Below are positions 60,061 through 64,000 of a DNA stretch of 64,000 bases, piece after piece. The notes beneath the pieces were generated by a model that saw only the letters and a list, made by a program, of their open reading frames with translations, did no database searches and was not told the DNA's origin. The first letter of the stretch is position 1. Every line of letters starts with the position of its first letter. Source of the stretch: Eledone cirrhosa (Eukaryota); assembly GCA_964016885.1 (NCBI GenBank), contig OZ024756.1, forward strand, positions 33,356,001 to 33,420,000, in the 5' to 3' direction. Position numbers and translations under genes: made by a program.

Positions 60061-60180
60061 CTGATGATTTCTCCCTAATGAAACAGTTCTAGTCCTGTAG
60101 AGGAAATTTCTATATTATATATTTATACTTTGCTATATATCGAATACCTTACTTACTGTGGTTACCTCTGATTGAACCGA
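60061..60180 (+). mobile_element. Family B tail starting at its HHR core
   Basis: CTGATGA-TTTCTCCCTAAT-GAAAC-AG(TTCTAGTC)CT-GTA; homologous to 15565-15616, 18960-19000 and 37822-37930. Confidence 0.7.
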
Positions 60181-60608
60181 AATAAACATATATAGGTATA
60201 TATATGTGTGTGTCTGTGCGTATGTATATATACGTTATATATACCACTTATATATATATACATGTGTATGTGTGTGTGCGTATATGTGTGTGTGAGAGAC
60301 TGTGTTGCTGTGTGGGTGTGTATGATTGTTTTTCACATTCTACAATTAATCTAAAATATGTCACCTCTGTCAGGATTAACAAATATAATGATTTTAAATA
60401 CTTTTTCTTTAAATCATGATATTCATTTGCAGAATCAGTAAATACAGAGATTTTGATATAAATATTTGCTTTTATGTTATTGTTTCCTGTATATATTCAT
60501 TCGTAGAATAAATTCCATTATCTGCAAACGAGAAAGCAAAGTGCTTATTAAATTTTGAATGTTAACAAATGCTACATATATCCTGTTGGAACTACTCACA
60601 CACACTTG

Positions 60609-60659
<51 letters not shown>

Positions 60660-60730
60660 ATACATACACAAACTCACTAATATATATATATATATATATA
60701 TATACAAACATACAAACATACACAAACTAA

Positions 60731-60773
<43 letters not shown>

Positions 60774-61011
60774 ATGTATAAATGATTATGTCAGCAAACA
60801 ATGTTTTATAATTTTCATCTTATATAATTTTATTTTTGTATCTATTCACATGTTATACCATGTTAAGAGTTTATGTAACTAAAAGTAGATCGTGTCAAAC
60901 TTTATACATTCTGTGTGTTATGTCAGAAAGCGACAAAAAATCTATATTTCTGTAAAATACACATGAGATTAAAAAGTTAATACTTACTTGCTCTCACACA
61001 ATACTATTATC

Positions 61012-61207
61012 AATAATAATGGTTTCTACTTTAGGCACAAGGCCAGCAATTATAACAGTGTATTACTGGTACTATATTTTACGACCCCCTAAAGATGAAT
61101 GGCAAAGTTAACCTCGGCAGGATTTGAACTCAGACCATAAAGGGCTGTAACTCTTTGCTGCAAAGCATGGCGTCCGACCCTCTACCGTTACTGCCAATCC
61201 ACCACCC
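61012..61207 (-). mobile_element. tRNA-derived SINE
   Basis: Same family. Confidence 0.9.
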
Positions 61208-61282
61208 TTTTTTTTTTACTTTATTTTATCGACTATTATCAATAATAATAATCAATAATAATAATAATGTCAATAATAATAA

Positions 61283-61464
61283 TAATAATTCTACGTTTTG
61301 GCACAAGGGATGCAATTATCCCAGTTTATTACTGATACTTTATTTTATCGACCCCGTAGGGATGAAAGGCAAAGTTAACCTGGCGAGATTTGAACTCAGA
61401 ACGTAAAGGGTCATAACTCCTATGCTACAAAGCATGTTGTTAACGCTCTACCGATACTGCCAAA
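61283..61464 (-). mobile_element. tRNA-derived SINE
   Basis: Same family. Confidence 0.88.
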
Positions 61465-62327
61465 CCATAAATAATGATAAAAATAATATATTATTATTAT
61501 TATTTTCATTATTTCTTCTTTATATATATTGAGCTAATTCGAGTGACTATTTACAGGTTCTGTTAAATATTAGAGGCTAAATATTTTCTACATGTGTGTT
61601 ATCTGTGCATCATAAATATTTTTCTTCATTAACATAAAACTGTATCAATAAAAAATACATTTAGTGACATGATTCAAGATCAAAATAGCGCCTAGACAAT
61701 TCACTGTTTGATTTTCTGTAGTGGTTAATTCCTCTCATTAGATTCCGTCCATGCCGGGACAGCACAATAAATTGATTTAGTCAATCATTTCTTTTCAAGT
61801 ATATATATTTTCAATCCCTGGCCTTATTTTATCGTTCTACGAAGGGTAGACACTTGAAGTATATATATATATATATATATATAGGAGAGAGAGATAAGTA
61901 GATAGATTTATATATATTTATATATATATATATATATACGATGTTTTTCCAGTTTCCATTTGCAAAATAAGCATTTGCCCCTCACTAGAAATAGTAGAAG
62001 ACACGTGTATAAGGAAGAACATTGTTGCGAAGCGAGCCCTTTAACCAGAAATCAATACCTGCTCTTTTGAAAATACATTTATAGAATTGATTCAATCAGT
62101 GTTTGGGGCTTAGAAAATGTTCTATTTATTAATTCTTTACTCCATAATATTTTCTCCGTCTTCCTTAATTTAATAGATATCTCTAACATTAGCAAGAGAC
62201 AAGCGAATGTTATAAAATCGTTGAATAAATCAAGCACTGCAACGGTAGTTAAACGATCGATATACAATAGAAACTACAGTTTATGTTGGAATGATTGATT
62301 CTGCAGGTCGATTGCTAAGAACATCCG

Positions 62328-62402
<75 letters not shown>

Positions 62403-62603
62403 CGTGCGTGTGTGTGTGTGTGTGTGTGTGTAGTAATAATAATAAATGTGAAGACTAAATTCCGAAATCCGAAGAAGGCTCGATATATATCTGTGTATAT
62501 ATTATATGTGTATCTATATATAGATACATAGATATAATCACACACACACACACATATATATATATATGTGTGTGTGTGTATATATATATATATGTGTATA
62601 TAA

Positions 62604-62669
<66 letters not shown>

Positions 62670-62675
62670 AATATA

Positions 62676-62724
<49 letters not shown>

Positions 62725-62756
62725 TTATATACACATATATATATATATACACACAC

Positions 62757-62850
<94 letters not shown>

Positions 62851-63361
62851 ACGTGTTTCTGTACACTTCTTTACCTTTATCAAGATAGAAACGTGTCAAC
62901 TCAGCATAGAGAATTCCTTAATATAGTCGTTTTATTTGCTAGAAATGGAAATGAGTTCTAGTAGAGATGTTGTATTTTGCACAGTTATCATTCTAAATAG
63001 AGAATATACAGCTATGCAATATGCCAGCGGATGCTATGTCAGATCGTATTTTACATCCTTATATCCATTATCTTACGTTTAATCAGTCTTTTTTTCTGAA
63101 GCTTCTGTTTTCAATATCTGCCATTGCATATTTTTTTATTTCTATCTTTTCTTTCATTATAATAACATTACACCTAACGGCTTTATTGCATGCTAGGTTA
63201 CGCTGTAATTATATAATCACATCGCTTTACAAATCGGTTCTCTTCATCAGTTTATTTCTCTAATATTCTTTCTGCGGGTTACCATAATATCATCTAAAAT
63301 AAACAATCAAAGGATATTCTTTGTCTATGTTACTTTCACTTACAAGTTTGCTTAGTCGACG

Positions 63362-63496
63362 TATTGTCACTCTGATTCATTTATATAAGGTGTGTTATGA
63401 CATTACGATAATGATTAAAGATATTGCAAGACAGACACCAATTATGTCGCTCAGTATACAAAATGGTAGGTGTTTTGGTATAGTTGATTCAGTTAA

Positions 63497-63586
<90 letters not shown>

Positions 63587-63686
63587 GCACACTCTCTCTC
63601 TCTGTGGGATATAATGTGTCTGTCTTGTAATAGCTTTAATCATTATTGTAATTGTATGACACACCTTATATAACTGAGTCAGTATG

Positions 63687-63692
<6 letters not shown>
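63362..63692. mobile_element. Diverged fold-back element (~77-bp arms) with a (CT)n(CA)n spacer
   Basis: 63362-63438 approximates the reverse complement of 63616-63692. Confidence 0.7.
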
Positions 63693-63718
<26 letters not shown>

Positions 63719-63719
63719 C

Positions 63720-63993
63720 TGTAAATGAAGTAATTCCGTCGGAAAAGTCCAGGAAAAAAGAGTGCTCTGTGTAGGTAACAGAGCTTAATAGTTATGTAAT
63801 AAACAGCATAAGGCAATTATTCCATTTACCAGTGGTTTCTTAAAAGCAAAAGATTTTTCTTTCAATCCTCAGAATGAAAAAATCCTGGTCTACCAGGATT
63901 TTTTCATTCTGAGGATTGAAAGCAAAATCTTTTGCTTTTAAGAAACCACTGGTAAATGGAATAATTGCCTTATGTTGTTTATTACATAACTAT
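63720..63993. mobile_element. Fold-back element family A, copy 2
   Basis: Near-perfect palindrome 63788-63993 with a 2-nt loop (AATCCTGGT-CT-ACCAGGATT); same head as 5333. Confidence 0.88.
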
Positions 63994-64000
63994 ATATATA

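Overview
Extremely AT-rich, microsatellite-dense eukaryotic DNA. I found no convincing host protein-coding exon, so it is probably intergenic or intronic. Almost all ORF-track entries are (TA)n/(TG)n/(TAG)n artefacts. The dominant tRNA-derived SINE resembles octopod cephalopod SINEs; this is an inference and the species was not determined. Recognisable decayed TE coding remnants are a Penelope-like (PLE) GIY-YIG C-terminus (~25.1-25.4 kb), an RTE-type LINE (~47.2-48.5 kb) and a mariner transposase 3' end (~43.4 kb). The main discovery is a dense set of short non-coding elements embedded in (TA)n tracts. Many are fold-back (inverted-repeat) structures, and many carry type I hammerhead ribozyme (HHR) motifs from several unrelated families. 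Among them is a near-perfect 2.8x tandem array of a 591-bp unit, each unit with an HHR that has a compensatory U3-A8 core and an enlarged stem II (retrozyme-like). A second, unrelated family also has a U3-A8 core. All ribozyme calls are manual folds, not tested activity.
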